Source of the DNA: Candidatus Fermentibacterota bacterium
GTDB taxonomy: Bacteria; Fermentibacterota; Fermentibacteria; Fermentibacterales; JCC-6
Direction of reading: 5' to 3'
Length of the DNA: 64,000 nucleotides
Assembly (NCBI GenBank): GCA_030592645.1
Contig: JAUVIR010000003.1
Location: 9,279-73,278 of the forward strand
The notes beneath the pieces were generated by a model. The model was given only the letters and a program-made list of their open reading frames with translations, made no database searches and had not been told where the DNA came from. Position numbers and translations under genes: made by a program. Positions 29,026 through 39,508 of this stretch are shown in pieces (within the stretch, counting starts at the first letter, position 1; every line of letters starts with the position of its first letter).

Positions 29026-30258
29026 TTAATAATCCCAGTCGATTCTGGGAGTTGGGAGCCTGAATATTCTGTCCAGTTTTCGAATCAGCTCCTCCGGTCC
29101 GCAAAGCTCATCAGTTACACAAAGTCCCGATGCCGGTCTGGTTCCGATCCACATCCTTGAGAATGCGCCAACAGAAGCTTCCAGCATGGGAAGAGAGCTG
29201 TCACACCCTTTCTTCGCATAGGATTCGGTTCCCAGTGAAACTACATAGCTGCCGGATATTCCGTGCCATGGAGCATCCTGCTCAAGATAATTCTCAATAG
29301 GATCCTTCAATCTGAGATTGAAACTGACGGGCTCTCCGGGAAGAATGGTTCCCGAAAGGCACTTTTCAAGGTTGCATATTCGGATCTGCCAGTATGCCAT
29401 CGCTTTGCTTGCGGCTTCGTATTTGGATCTTTCTGTTTTCCTGAAATTCCTGAAGGGAGTTTTGAGAAGATCCTGCATCTGGATAGCTGCAGGCTCGTTG
29501 AGTTTTACAAGATGAACCTGATCACCCAGATTCCGTACAAGACCCAGAAGCTCCAGGAACTGGAAGTGATTCCTGAAACACATCCAGTTGATCGTGTAGG
29601 GGCCGTGCTCACCCTCTGCGGGTCCGCACCAGAAATGATGTGAGAGCAGTTCGTTTTCAGCGTCCATGTATCCGAGACCGAAAGCGTTTTTGCTCCACTG
29701 CATCTCGGCTCTGGTCATCTCTTCCCGCATAAGGGAGGTATTTCCGTGAACAAGCATTCTCTTCAGTCTGGATCTGTGAACCAGCTCCCAGTCATCCTTC
29801 GTAAGACGGACAGGCGGAGGAGGATTTACATCAATATCCAGAGAGGCAGGATCAAATCCCGCATAGGTCTCGTAAGGTCCAGTTCCGAATCCAAGTTTAT
29901 CGTAGTATCCCTGATCGAATATTCCCAGCCCTGCGATAAATGCTCCTTCTGCAGCATCAAGGGCTACCAGCTCTGCGGTTAATTTTCCCGCAAGTCCCCG
30001 TCTTCTACCGACATAACTTGTTGTAACTCCGCATACGGCACAAAGGGGGAGATCCCTATCAAGATATCTGAGGGAGCCGGGTGTGGAGATAACCAATGCC
30101 TCAGTGTTTCCATTGAGTTCACCTACAAGAGCACGGCTGCCCTGCAGAAAGATATCCATGGCTTTTTCATGTTCTTCACTCTCAACCCAGCCAACTTCCC
30201 GCCATATTCTGTGGCAGGCTTCCTTATCTCTATTCGGATCGAATTTTCTGTGAATCAT
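29026..30258 (-). CDS. Eis-like GNAT acetyltransferase with SCP2-like C-terminus
   Basis: VCGVTTS..GRRRGLAGKL, GYYDKLGF, LEASVGAFSRMWIG. Confidence 0.8.
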   Translation of the reverse strand: MIHRKFDPNRDKEACHRIWREVGWVESEEHEKAMDIFLQGSRALVGELNGNTEALVISTPGSLRYLDRDLPLCAVCGVTTSYVGRRRGLAGKLTAELVALDAAEGAFIAGLGIFDQGYYDKLGFGTGPYETYAGFDPASLDIDVNPPPPVRLTKDDWELVHRSRLKRMLVHGNTSLMREEMTRAEMQWSKNAFGLGYMDAENELLSHHFWCGPAEGEHGPYTINWMCFRNHFQFLELLGLVRNLGDQVHLVKLNEPAAIQMQDLLKTPFRNFRKTERSKYEAASKAMAYWQIRICNLEKCLSGTILPGEPVSFNLRLKDPIENYLEQDAPWHGISGSYVVSLGTESYAKKGCDSSLPMLEASVGAFSRMWIGTRPASGLCVTDELCGPEELIRKLDRIFRLPTPRIDWDY

Positions 30259-30296
30259 GATTAATCAGTTTTCCATTCAGTGATGGACGCATATAA

Positions 30297-31535
30297 TCAG
30301 GATGGTCTGTGATAACCCTTTTTTCTTTTCCGCCCGGGAAATAGCTGGCTTCTCGAGATCTTCAGTACATTTTTCCAGAATGGACCGGTAGTGGAATCGT
30401 CCAGAAGCTGTTTCGTGTAAGTGATAACGGCAATCCATAGAAGGGAAAGGAAGAAGGCCAGTGCGGTGTACCGGATAACCATTTTGCCTCTCTTGGGGTA
30501 GGATCTAAGAGCGGAGGGAACGGCGGGAACCAGTATTTCCAATGTAGGGCTATCCTTCGCTTCCTCAAGTTTAAGGGATTCGAGTTCCTGTCTGAGCATC
30601 AGGTAGATTGCCCGTCTGGTTTCGAGGTTGATTGCGATGTTTTCGTATTCCTTGAGCATGGCAGGCATACTGTCCATCCCCGGGAAGTAGCTGATGCTGT
30701 CCCCGGCAGCTTTACCCATCATACTGCTTCTGAGGAACGCAACCTTCCTGGCTATCTCCAGATACGCTGTGCTGGATGATGACATTGTACCGCTGACACC
30801 GGCAAGTTCAGCTTCTGCAAGGATCAGCTCAGTCTCAAGGGTACCCAGCATGTCCATGGACAGAACACCCTGATGTTCGGGAAACAGCAATCCGGTTTCC
30901 GCGCGGAATTGCTCCATTCTATCCTGCGCTATAAGAAGGGATTCCTCAGCCGCGCTTAGAAATTCTTCTGCTGCCAGTCTGCTTCTCCGGGCTCTGCTGG
31001 TAATTATCGTTGACAGCTCCTCATTGGAGAATGCTATGATGTCGTTCACGATAGCAGCTGCATTTTCCCTGCTGTCAGCTTCCATTGATACAACAAAAAA
31101 CCCTTCGGGAGAAAGGAAGACGGAAGCCTTCTTCCTGAACTCCAGCAGAGCATCGTCCATCGTTGGGACTTTCATGTCCGCCAGAAGGTCATACTTGAAA
31201 ATTATCCGTTCACAAACCGCTCTGGAGGTAACAACCTGGAAAACAAGGTTGATATCAAGCGCAGTTGGCCCCATGTTCATCATGCTTCCGATACCGGACA
31301 GCTGATCGGGCAGGAGATCACCTGCAAGTCCGGCCAGCCCCGCAAGACCCATGGATGTCTGCTGGCCGCCGGGGACAACGGTAATTGCAGAAGCGGTCCA
31401 GTACTGTTTTCTTGTCAGTGCCCATACTGCCGAGGCGAGAGCCACCACAAGACAGAGCACCGCTATTCTGCGCAGGTTCGAGGCAATGGAGCGAATCCAC
31501 TTGCCCGAGAAGGAGTTCTCTATGTTTTTTTCCAT
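30297..31535 (-). CDS. Polysaccharide co-polymerase (Wzz/GumC-like, no kinase domain)
   Basis: Two terminal TM helices, coiled-coil periplasmic region, AVPSALRSYPKR before last TM. Confidence 0.85.
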   Translation of the reverse strand: MEKNIENSFSGKWIRSIASNLRRIAVLCLVVALASAVWALTRKQYWTASAITVVPGGQQTSMGLAGLAGLAGDLLPDQLSGIGSMMNMGPTALDINLVFQVVTSRAVCERIIFKYDLLADMKVPTMDDALLEFRKKASVFLSPEGFFVVSMEADSRENAAAIVNDIIAFSNEELSTIITSRARRSRLAAEEFLSAAEESLLIAQDRMEQFRAETGLLFPEHQGVLSMDMLGTLETELILAEAELAGVSGTMSSSSTAYLEIARKVAFLRSSMMGKAAGDSISYFPGMDSMPAMLKEYENIAINLETRRAIYLMLRQELESLKLEEAKDSPTLEILVPAVPSALRSYPKRGKMVIRYTALAFFLSLLWIAVITYTKQLLDDSTTGPFWKNVLKISRSQLFPGRKRKKGYHRPS

Positions 31536-31544
31536 AAATACATT

Positions 31545-32684
31545 CTAGTTACTGATCGCATAAACTGTTATACCAATCGAAATTACCGAAGTTATCAGCG
31601 AAATCAGAACCGCATTCTTGTTGAACCAGTTGTAGTTCACGTTCACAACATCTCCGGGCATAAGACGAGCGTCTTCAATAATCCCGTCAATCTCATGATC
31701 CTGACCGTTCCTATGAACAGATATCCCGCTTCCTGCAGTACTGATCGCACCGCCAGCCGTGACAATATAATCCCGGACAGTGCTCTCGGGATTGTAAGGC
31801 ACTGAGCCCGGAACACCTACCGCACCGCCAACTGTAATCGAATCCCGCAGAGAAACAAAGATTATTGTATCACCTGGAAGAAGCCAGGTACTTATGAAAC
31901 CCTGCTCCTGATCCCACACCGGTATCATGGTTTCGTCTCTGATTATTCTGCATTCGGAGAGTCTGATATTGCCCGATACTCCACCCATTCTGCCAAGAAG
32001 GGATTCGAAATCCTCCTCCGGCTGGAGTTCACGCGTCTCCAGAACATTAGCGGTACTCAGAAGATAAACGGGGTTCACACAGACATCGATGATAATACCT
32101 GCGTTATTGGTAAGAAACGGATCGGAAACGTAAGATACGCTGCCCGGGTGGATATTGAGATCGATATCAAGCGTATCTCCGGAATCCGAATACATTGCTC
32201 CCCTGCGTGACCCAAAGGATGAAATACCGCCTGCCGCAAAAACAGCATCGGATACCCTGTTCAATGCTGTAAGCTGGTAGGTGCCCGGTTCGTTAACCAT
32301 ACCCCCCACGTTGATCCGCAGCACCCGCGGTTCTGAAAGGGATAACGTAACGCGGATTGACGGATAATAACCGGCTGCTTTTCTCTGGAGGGAGTGCTGA
32401 GCTTCATCTATTGTTATACCGTTCACGCTTACAGCGCCTATTCCGGATACCGATAGATATCCATCTCCCCCTACAGTACACTGAATCCAGGGGTAAACAC
32501 CGGCGCTCAGCAGAATCTGGCTGGACCCGCCTTCCACAACAACAGATACGATGTCTCCGGGACCAAGAACGTAGGAGCTTCTGTCCGCCAGTTCAAGAAC
32601 GGACGATTCGGGGTACGGAATATCCTGTGGAGAGAGCGGCGAGGGTACGGTTCCAAAGGCTATAATCATAACTGTAATCAGCAT
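31545..32684 (-). CDS. Polysaccharide export protein (Wza/KpsD-like, SLBB repeats)
   Basis: YVLGPGDIV, VGGMVNEPGTY, DAVFAAGG, VGGAVGVPG, LMPGD. Confidence 0.88.
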   Translation of the reverse strand: MLITVMIIAFGTVPSPLSPQDIPYPESSVLELADRSSYVLGPGDIVSVVVEGGSSQILLSAGVYPWIQCTVGGDGYLSVSGIGAVSVNGITIDEAQHSLQRKAAGYYPSIRVTLSLSEPRVLRINVGGMVNEPGTYQLTALNRVSDAVFAAGGISSFGSRRGAMYSDSGDTLDIDLNIHPGSVSYVSDPFLTNNAGIIIDVCVNPVYLLSTANVLETRELQPEEDFESLLGRMGGVSGNIRLSECRIIRDETMIPVWDQEQGFISTWLLPGDTIIFVSLRDSITVGGAVGVPGSVPYNPESTVRDYIVTAGGAISTAGSGISVHRNGQDHEIDGIIEDARLMPGDVVNVNYNWFNKNAVLISLITSVISIGITVYAISN

Positions 32685-32730
32685 ACTAAACCTGTTTCCA
32701 GTACATGACAGCCTTCATTATCAAATCCGT

Positions 32731-33672
32731 TCACTGTAATACCCTCAGTTTCTCTCTGAAATACTCGATGGTTTCAGCCATGCCTTTCTCGAGCCCGATA
32801 GTCGGTTCCCATCCGAGTTTTTCACCCGCCAGAGAAATATCAGGCTTTCTGACTTTTGGATCGTCCTCCGGCAGCTCCATGTGAACTATGGAACTTCGCG
32901 TATCAATACGCTCCAGCACAAATTCCGCGAAATCCATAATAGTCATTTCCTCCGGATTACCTATGTTCACGGGACCGGGAAAATCCGATTCCATTAATCG
33001 AACAAGGCCATCCACCGTATCGGTAACATAACAGAAACTCCGGGTCTGGCGGCCGTTTCCGAATACTGTAAGATTCCTGTCGGATAAAGCCTGAGAAATA
33101 AATGCAGGCACTACACGCCCGTCATCAGCCCGCATCCTCGGGCCGTAAGTATTAAAAATTCTGGCAACCTTCGTGTTAAGTCCATGAAACCTTCTGTATG
33201 CAAAGGTTATGGCTTCTGCAAATCTTTTAGCTTCATCGTATACGCCCCTCGGACCAACCGGATTAACATTGCCCCAGTAATCCTCACTCTGTGGATGAAC
33301 GAGGGGGTCTCCGTAAACCTCACTTGTTGAAGCAAGAAGAAACCCTGCTTCCTTGACAAGCGCCAGACCAAGGGTTTTATGAGTTCCGAGGGAACCCACC
33401 TTCAGGGTCTGTATCGGATAAGTCAGGTAATCTATAGGGCTTGCGGGGGAAGCAAGATGGAAAACAAAATCAAGCCTTCCCTGCACAAAGATGTAGTTGG
33501 TTACGTCGTGGTGGATGAAAGAGAAATCTTTCCTGCCGGCAAGATGCGCGATGTTGTCCGTTGTGCCTGTAAGCAGGTTGTCCATGGCCAGAACTTCGTG
33601 CCCGTCCGAAAGAAGCCTTTCGCAAAGGTGGCTGCCTATGAACCCTGCACCGCCGGTTACAAGGATCCTCAT
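32731..33672 (-). CDS. UDP-glucuronate decarboxylase (UDP-xylose synthase) family SDR
   Basis: [56 protein letters not shown]. Confidence 0.93.
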   Translation of the reverse strand: MRILVTGGAGFIGSHLCERLLSDGHEVLAMDNLLTGTTDNIAHLAGRKDFSFIHHDVTNYIFVQGRLDFVFHLASPASPIDYLTYPIQTLKVGSLGTHKTLGLALVKEAGFLLASTSEVYGDPLVHPQSEDYWGNVNPVGPRGVYDEAKRFAEAITFAYRRFHGLNTKVARIFNTYGPRMRADDGRVVPAFISQALSDRNLTVFGNGRQTRSFCYVTDTVDGLVRLMESDFPGPVNIGNPEEMTIMDFAEFVLERIDTRSSIVHMELPEDDPKVRKPDISLAGEKLGWEPTIGLEKGMAETIEYFREKLRVLQ

Positions 33673-34694
33673 TTGCTCTCCCTGGAATTTGTCAATCTGT
33701 CATGATACATGGAAAGGTAGTACTCCCTGAATTCACCGGACTTCACTTTCTGCCACCATACACTGTTCCTGCTGTACCAGTCTACGGTTTTTCTGAGGCC
33801 TTCCCCGAAGCCTGTGGAGGCCTTCCAACCGATCTCCTTCTCGATAAGACTGACATTCAGTGCGTACCTTCTATCATGACCGGGGCGGTCTTCAATGTAT
33901 CTGACAAGGCTTTTATCGGCACCAGTGATCTCCGGTATGGAGGAGGTAACTTCCCTGTTGTTGTATTCCTGTCCCGCTCCGATGTTGTATATCCTGCCCG
34001 GCTCAGATTTTTCCACAACCATGATCAGCGCGTTACAGTTATCCTCAACGAACAGCCAGTCTCTCCTGTTAAGGCCGTCTCCATAAAGGGGAAGAGGCTC
34101 GCCGGTCATGGCATTGGTTATGAAAAGCGGGATAAGCTTTTCCGGGTACTGGAAGGGACCGTAGTTATTGGATGCCCTGGTTACGGTTACCGGAACCCCG
34201 TACGTAGTCCAGTAGCTCATAGCCAGAAGTTCGCCTCCGGCTTTCGAAGCAGCGTAAGGGCTTCTGGGCGCAAGCTGATCAGTTTCCAGGGAATTTCCCT
34301 GCTCTACACTGCCGTACACCTCATCCGTTGAGATCTGCAGGAAGAGCTGCCTCTTTTCCTTTCTGAATTCTTCAAGAAGAACTCTTACTCCCTCGATATC
34401 AGTCCGTACGAATGAGGAGGCATCATCAATGGATCTGTCCACATGGGTTTCAGCTGCGAAATTAACTACGGTATCGCATCCTTCCATCGCTTGTGATACG
34501 GCCTTTTCATCGCAGATATCTCCCAGAACAAAGGTGAATCGAGGGTCGGTCTCCAGATCTTCCAGGTTCTCTCTCCTGCCTGCGTATGTCAGTTTATCGA
34601 GAACGGTAACTTCCCAGTCAGGCTTGTTCTTAAGTGCCATTCTGGTGAAGTTGCTCCCGATGAAGCCGGCTCCCCCTGTAACCAGTAATCTCAT
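33669..34694 (-). CDS. rfbB: dTDP-glucose 4,6-dehydratase
   Basis: [54 protein letters not shown]. Confidence 0.96.
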   Translation of the reverse strand: MRLLVTGGAGFIGSNFTRMALKNKPDWEVTVLDKLTYAGRRENLEDLETDPRFTFVLGDICDEKAVSQAMEGCDTVVNFAAETHVDRSIDDASSFVRTDIEGVRVLLEEFRKEKRQLFLQISTDEVYGSVEQGNSLETDQLAPRSPYAASKAGGELLAMSYWTTYGVPVTVTRASNNYGPFQYPEKLIPLFITNAMTGEPLPLYGDGLNRRDWLFVEDNCNALIMVVEKSEPGRIYNIGAGQEYNNREVTSSIPEITGADKSLVRYIEDRPGHDRRYALNVSLIEKEIGWKASTGFGEGLRKTVDWYSRNSVWWQKVKSGEFREYYLSMYHDRLTNSRESK

Positions 34695-35425
34695 ATCGGG
34701 TCTCCCCTGCGAAGTTCTCTTGCCATGATTCCCGCCTGAAGCAGACCATCGATACTGCATCCGGAATCTGCCCACCATCCGCAGATGATCTGGGCATGAA
34801 GCTTGTTCAGATTCAGGTAAGCGTTGTTGATATCCGTTACTTCAAGTTCACCCCTGGCAGATGGCTCAAGGCTGTCTATTACCTCAAATACAAAACTATC
34901 ATACATATAAACACCTATCACGGCATAACTGCTTTTGGGTCTCTTCGGTTTTTCCTCGATCGATATCACCCTGGTGCCGTCCAGTTCCGCAACACCGTAA
35001 TCACTCGGATTATCAACTGTTTTCAGGAGAATTCTAGCGCCCTCTTTCTGATCTTTAAAGGAGGCTATTATGGAAGCCAGGGAATCCTCAAGGATATTAT
35101 CACCAAGGATAACGACGAATTTATCGCCCCCTATGAAGGTTCTTGTAAGGCCTATGGCTTCGGCAATTCCCCCCTCATTAACCTGGTAGGCATAGTTGAG
35201 TGTATTTAGCCCGAATTCCGATCCATCCCCCAGCAACCTCAGGAAATCACCGGCGCTGTCTCCTCCGGTAACCAGCATAACATCCTTTATACCAGCTTCA
35301 GCAAGCTTCTGAATCGGATAGAAGATCATCGGCTGATCGTAGACCGGCAGAAGATGTTTGTTGGTTATACTTGTCAATGGTCGCAGCCGGGTACCAAGTC
35401 CGCCTGCCAGCACTACACCTTTCAT
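34691..35425 (-). CDS. rfbA: Glucose-1-phosphate thymidylyltransferase (short SpsI-like form)
   Basis: LAGGLGTRLRPLT, NKHLLPVYD, ILGDN, EEKP, SARGELEVTD. Confidence 0.92.
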   Translation of the reverse strand: MKGVVLAGGLGTRLRPLTSITNKHLLPVYDQPMIFYPIQKLAEAGIKDVMLVTGGDSAGDFLRLLGDGSEFGLNTLNYAYQVNEGGIAEAIGLTRTFIGGDKFVVILGDNILEDSLASIIASFKDQKEGARILLKTVDNPSDYGVAELDGTRVISIEEKPKRPKSSYAVIGVYMYDSFVFEVIDSLEPSARGELEVTDINNAYLNLNKLHAQIICGWWADSGCSIDGLLQAGIMARELRRGDPI

Positions 35426-35456
35426 ATTTATCCTCTTCCGATTCTGGGAACCTGTT

Positions 35457-37631
35457 CTAGCGTACAATTGCCAGCTTTATGAATCTGTGATCACCATTCT
35501 GTGATATCCGGATTATATAAGTCCCGGATGCCGTGAGTTCTCCATCCATGTCATATCCATCCCAGGAGAATGTATTCCTGTGCTGTGACAGGGACTCATA
35601 AACAAGTTCTCCAGTCAGGTCAAATAGATGGACATCAAACAGCTCATCCTCAAGTCCTGCTACACCGAGAACCTGTCCATCTCCCGGTATGAAGGGATTC
35701 GGATAGACAGTAGCGGTTTCCATGGTACCGCTCATACCCTGTTCAAGGGTGAGTTTCCACAAACCGTGATCGGTTACAATGTAAAGAAGTCCATTGTCAT
35801 AATCGCATGAAGCGTTTCGGATATCAAGGGACTGGAGAGGTGAATTGATGGTATTGTACTCCTCGATGGTTCCGTCCGGATACATTCTGAATAGTCCCTC
35901 GCCTGATGCCGCCCACAGGCAGGATAGATTATCAAAACAGAGCATGGATACATTGCCTGCGATCTGCTCTACATCAGTGATGGTCTCGCTATTGATATTC
36001 AGATACACAAGTCCCCCTGTTGTCCCGATATAGAGCTTTCCATTCCTTGAGACCGCAAGAGCCTGAATATCCTCCGAAGGCAGACCGTCGCCGGTTCCGA
36101 TAGACATCAGAACCTGTCCAGTCTGGATATTCGCATTTACAAGTCCCTCCTTGCTGCCCATCCAGGCAATAAGCGGTGATGATGTTACCTCTACCGATCT
36201 TACGTCTCCGGATGGCAGTCCATCGGGTGGTCCAAATGTCCTCCAGGATGCTGTTTCTGTCTGCCCCGGCGTCCAGGACAGTCTACATACTCCACTGGGT
36301 TCGGATGGCGTCGACCAGAATGCCTCCTGGGCAAACCATACTTCTCCTGTCGGGGATATTGCCATCTCCGTTATCTGATCGTTCAGCAGTCCGCTGTTCT
36401 GCATATTCAGGTTAAGGAAAACATCATCGCTTCGCTCCGGTGTCCCGTTCCAGTCAAGCCAGGTGACTCCATAATGCCAGGGAGCAATGAATACGCCGCC
36501 GGAATGGTCTGCCAGGCAGGCAAATAGCTGACCTGGACTCGATAGTTCGTTCGCGAAACCGACCCATCCATATTCACTGTAAACCGCAGCACCCATTGTG
36601 TTGCTTGTCACCCAGACATCTGACCTTGAATCCACATCAACTGCGTAGAGATCGTTTGATGGGGTGCCCTGAGGCAGTGAGGATTTCCAGGAGTTCAGCG
36701 TTCCCAGACCGACACCATTGCCGCTGGCTCTGTCAACCGCATATACCGAGTGCTGTCCGATTGCAAGTTGACCGCCCGGGAGCCAGCTGATAGCCTCGAT
36801 CACCTGACCTTCCAGGCCAACTGATCCGGATGTCCAGAGTGATCCATCGTAAATTGCGACATTCCCGTCGCCCCCCACTGCAAGCTCTCCATTGGATTCT
36901 GCAAGAGAAACCGGATAGCTGCCTGGATAAGAGCTGTCCAGCCTCCAGTCCAGGCCGGGTGCCAGGTAGTAAAGAGCATCAGTAGAAGCCGCCCAGACAG
37001 TATCGCCTGCAACCAGAATATCCTGTACAATTATGTTCGCTACGACAGGGTAGTTCAACCAGGAGTCGGGTTGTCCGGGGTAATGACCCGACCGAAGCAA
37101 GACCAGGCCATCAGCGGTTCCAACAAAGAGTCCCGAATCAATACTTGCAACACAATTTACGACATCCGAAGGCAGTCCGCCGCCTGTAGTAAATTCTGTC
37201 CAGACCTCGAAATATCCGAATTCTCTGCTGCACAGTCCTTCTGTGGTGCCGGCCCAGATGGTAGTGTCAGGAAGAATGCAGTTGATGACAAGTGATATCG
37301 GCAATCCCTCAAGCTGTCCGTAATGCTGTATCCCGCCCGAAGCCAGGCCCACATCAATACCGCCTCCGTATGTCCCTATCCAGAGGTTCCCGAAAGAATC
37401 CCTTGCAAGACACCTCGCGTCACTGTGTGCAAGCTTTCCCGGACTGGTCCAGGTGGAATCCCAGACGATAGAGCCGGATTCGATCGAACCGAAGATAACA
37501 CCACCGCTGGTTGCGCCGGTCACAGAAGAACTCTCTATCAGAATATCACTGACTCCCCCGAAATGCGTATAGTGGTCCCAATCGGAAATTCTGCCAGTCA
37601 GGCTGATAAAGAACATTATCAGCAGGGTCAT
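35457..37631 (-). CDS. PorZ-like double beta-propeller protein with T9SS-type C-terminal domain
   Basis: Propeller repeats (LWIGTYGGG, GLPSDVV, GLPSGDVR, GLPSEDIQ); CTD VYPNPF..FDLTGELV..WDG..ASGTY..KLAIVR. Confidence 0.8.
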   Translation of the reverse strand: MTLLIMFFISLTGRISDWDHYTHFGGVSDILIESSSVTGATSGGVIFGSIESGSIVWDSTWTSPGKLAHSDARCLARDSFGNLWIGTYGGGIDVGLASGGIQHYGQLEGLPISLVINCILPDTTIWAGTTEGLCSREFGYFEVWTEFTTGGGLPSDVVNCVASIDSGLFVGTADGLVLLRSGHYPGQPDSWLNYPVVANIIVQDILVAGDTVWAASTDALYYLAPGLDWRLDSSYPGSYPVSLAESNGELAVGGDGNVAIYDGSLWTSGSVGLEGQVIEAISWLPGGQLAIGQHSVYAVDRASGNGVGLGTLNSWKSSLPQGTPSNDLYAVDVDSRSDVWVTSNTMGAAVYSEYGWVGFANELSSPGQLFACLADHSGGVFIAPWHYGVTWLDWNGTPERSDDVFLNLNMQNSGLLNDQITEMAISPTGEVWFAQEAFWSTPSEPSGVCRLSWTPGQTETASWRTFGPPDGLPSGDVRSVEVTSSPLIAWMGSKEGLVNANIQTGQVLMSIGTGDGLPSEDIQALAVSRNGKLYIGTTGGLVYLNINSETITDVEQIAGNVSMLCFDNLSCLWAASGEGLFRMYPDGTIEEYNTINSPLQSLDIRNASCDYDNGLLYIVTDHGLWKLTLEQGMSGTMETATVYPNPFIPGDGQVLGVAGLEDELFDVHLFDLTGELVYESLSQHRNTFSWDGYDMDGELTASGTYIIRISQNGDHRFIKLAIVR

Positions 37632-38578
37632 ATTCTTGCCTCCCACCATGAGAATAGTTTTCGAAGACCCTCTTTTCTGTCAACTTCGGGTTTCCATCCC
37701 GCCAGGGATCGAAGCCTCGACGGATCACCCACCTGGAATTCAACATCCGCGGGTCTGAAAAGATCTGGGTCTGTTTTAATTTTTATATCCATTCCTGAGA
37801 TTTCAATAAGCATGCTTACCATGTCAGCGATGCTGATGCCTGCACCAGTGCAGACATTATATACACTTCCCGGCCGGCCCAGGCTCAGAATGCACCTGTA
37901 GGCTCGTACCACATCGGTTACATACAGGTAGTCCCTTACCGGGCTGAGGTTTCCGACACGAATAATGTTGTTCCCGCTCCGACGCGTATCGAGGATTCTT
38001 CTGCAGAATGATGGCAGTGCAAAATCCCTGGATTGTCCCGGACCGAAATGGGGGAATGAGCGGGCAATAACAATATCAAGGTCGTAACTCCGGGCGAATT
38101 GAAGAGCTGCGATTTCAGCTGCAGCCTTGGTTGTTCCGTAAGGGTTCCTGGGACCTATTTCGCAGTTTTCGGAAATCAGATCATCTGTTGACTTGTACAC
38201 CTCTGATGAGCTTACCAGAAGCATCCTAGCCTTTGGACATTCTGAAATCATGTACTCAAGGACAGACAGGGTTCCCATGAGATTGATCTGATAAACCCTG
38301 TGCACTTCTTTCAGGGATTCTGAAACTGAACTCATTGCCGCCAGATGTATGATGTACCGCACGAATCCAAGTTCTGCAGGCGGCGTGGAGGGAAGACTCC
38401 AGCTGATCCTGGTAACCCCCTCGGGAGCTTCGAAATCCGTGTTTACGTCTGCAGCGAAATCACCCTCACCCATGCCGAGTTCCTTCATAAGATGATAACC
38501 CGCAAAACCCGCTGCACCGGTTACAAGGATTGGTCCGGGCTCGGGGCTGATATTTCCACTTTGTTGCATATCCGGCAT
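37628..38578 (-). CDS. NDP-sugar SDR, GDP-4-keto-6-deoxymannose reductase (Rmd)-like
   Basis: TGAAGFAG, HLAAMSSV, SSSEVY, PYGTTK, FPHFGPGQ, VGNLSPVRDY. Confidence 0.8.
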   Translation of the reverse strand: MPDMQQSGNISPEPGPILVTGAAGFAGYHLMKELGMGEGDFAADVNTDFEAPEGVTRISWSLPSTPPAELGFVRYIIHLAAMSSVSESLKEVHRVYQINLMGTLSVLEYMISECPKARMLLVSSSEVYKSTDDLISENCEIGPRNPYGTTKAAAEIAALQFARSYDLDIVIARSFPHFGPGQSRDFALPSFCRRILDTRRSGNNIIRVGNLSPVRDYLYVTDVVRAYRCILSLGRPGSVYNVCTGAGISIADMVSMLIEISGMDIKIKTDPDLFRPADVEFQVGDPSRLRSLAGWKPEVDRKEGLRKLFSWWEARI

Positions 38579-38581
38579 TAT

Positions 38582-39508
38582 TCAATTCCTCCGGCCAAGG
38601 TACCGGATCTCCTCTTCGAGCAGCACTCCGCTGCAGGCGAGGACGGATTCCCGGACAATACCAATAAGCTCCGCTATATCATCGGATGTTGCTTTTCCAG
38701 TATTAATAATAAAATTTGCATGCCTTCTGGAAACCTCTGCTCCGCCGACAGCTCTCCCTTTCAATCCAGCGTCTTCAATAAGCCTGCCGGGAGAGATCCC
38801 TTCATCGGGTTTTTTAAACACACTTCCCGCGTTGGGGTACTGTAGAGGAAATTTCTCTCTGCGAAGCGAAAGGATTCTCTTCCCTTCAGACCGGAGGAGG
38901 GCAGGATCACCTGGCTCAAGCGACATTTCCACACCTGTAATAATCGTTCTCTCTTCCTGAAATCTGCTTGATCTGTATCCAAAACAGCATTCTCTGGTCG
39001 GCACTGTACTCACAGAGCCTCTGTAATCTAATACCGTAACACTTTTCAGAGAATCAGCAATTGAATTTCCGTACGCACCTGCATTCATGAATACGGCGCC
39101 GCCCAGTGTTCCTGGAATACCGATAGCGAATGCAAGCCCCGATGCTCCTCTGCTGCAGGCAGCCCCTGACAGCGACGGCAGGTGAACACCTCCGCCGATT
39201 TTGAGATCCCAGCCCTTTTCGGAGCGATGCCATGCGGTCCGGGCCAGCCCCCCCGAGAGCCTGATAACCACCTCTGTGCAGCCAGCGTCTGAAGCCAGCA
39301 CATTCGATCCCAGACCCAGGATGAACCAGGGAATCCCTTCAGAGAATGTCAGACCAAGCAGGTCGGCAAGCATCCCTGCAGAAGTTACGGTTATCGAGAC
39401 AGCCGGTCCTCCGGTTCGCCATGCAGTCAGTTCTTTCAGCTGCAGAACATTAACATCCCCGGGGAAATGCTCACTGAGCATACCCAGAGCAGATTCAATG
39501 CTATTCAA
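38582..39508 (-). CDS. murB: UDP-N-acetylenolpyruvoylglucosamine reductase
   Basis: GSNVL, GIPGTLGGAVFMNAGAYG, FGYRSS, NAGSVFK, HANFIIN, LEEEI. Confidence 0.95.
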   Translation of the reverse strand: MNSIESALGMLSEHFPGDVNVLQLKELTAWRTGGPAVSITVTSAGMLADLLGLTFSEGIPWFILGLGSNVLASDAGCTEVVIRLSGGLARTAWHRSEKGWDLKIGGGVHLPSLSGAACSRGASGLAFAIGIPGTLGGAVFMNAGAYGNSIADSLKSVTVLDYRGSVSTVPTRECCFGYRSSRFQEERTIITGVEMSLEPGDPALLRSEGKRILSLRREKFPLQYPNAGSVFKKPDEGISPGRLIEDAGLKGRAVGGAEVSRRHANFIINTGKATSDDIAELIGIVRESVLACSGVLLEEEIRYLGRRN

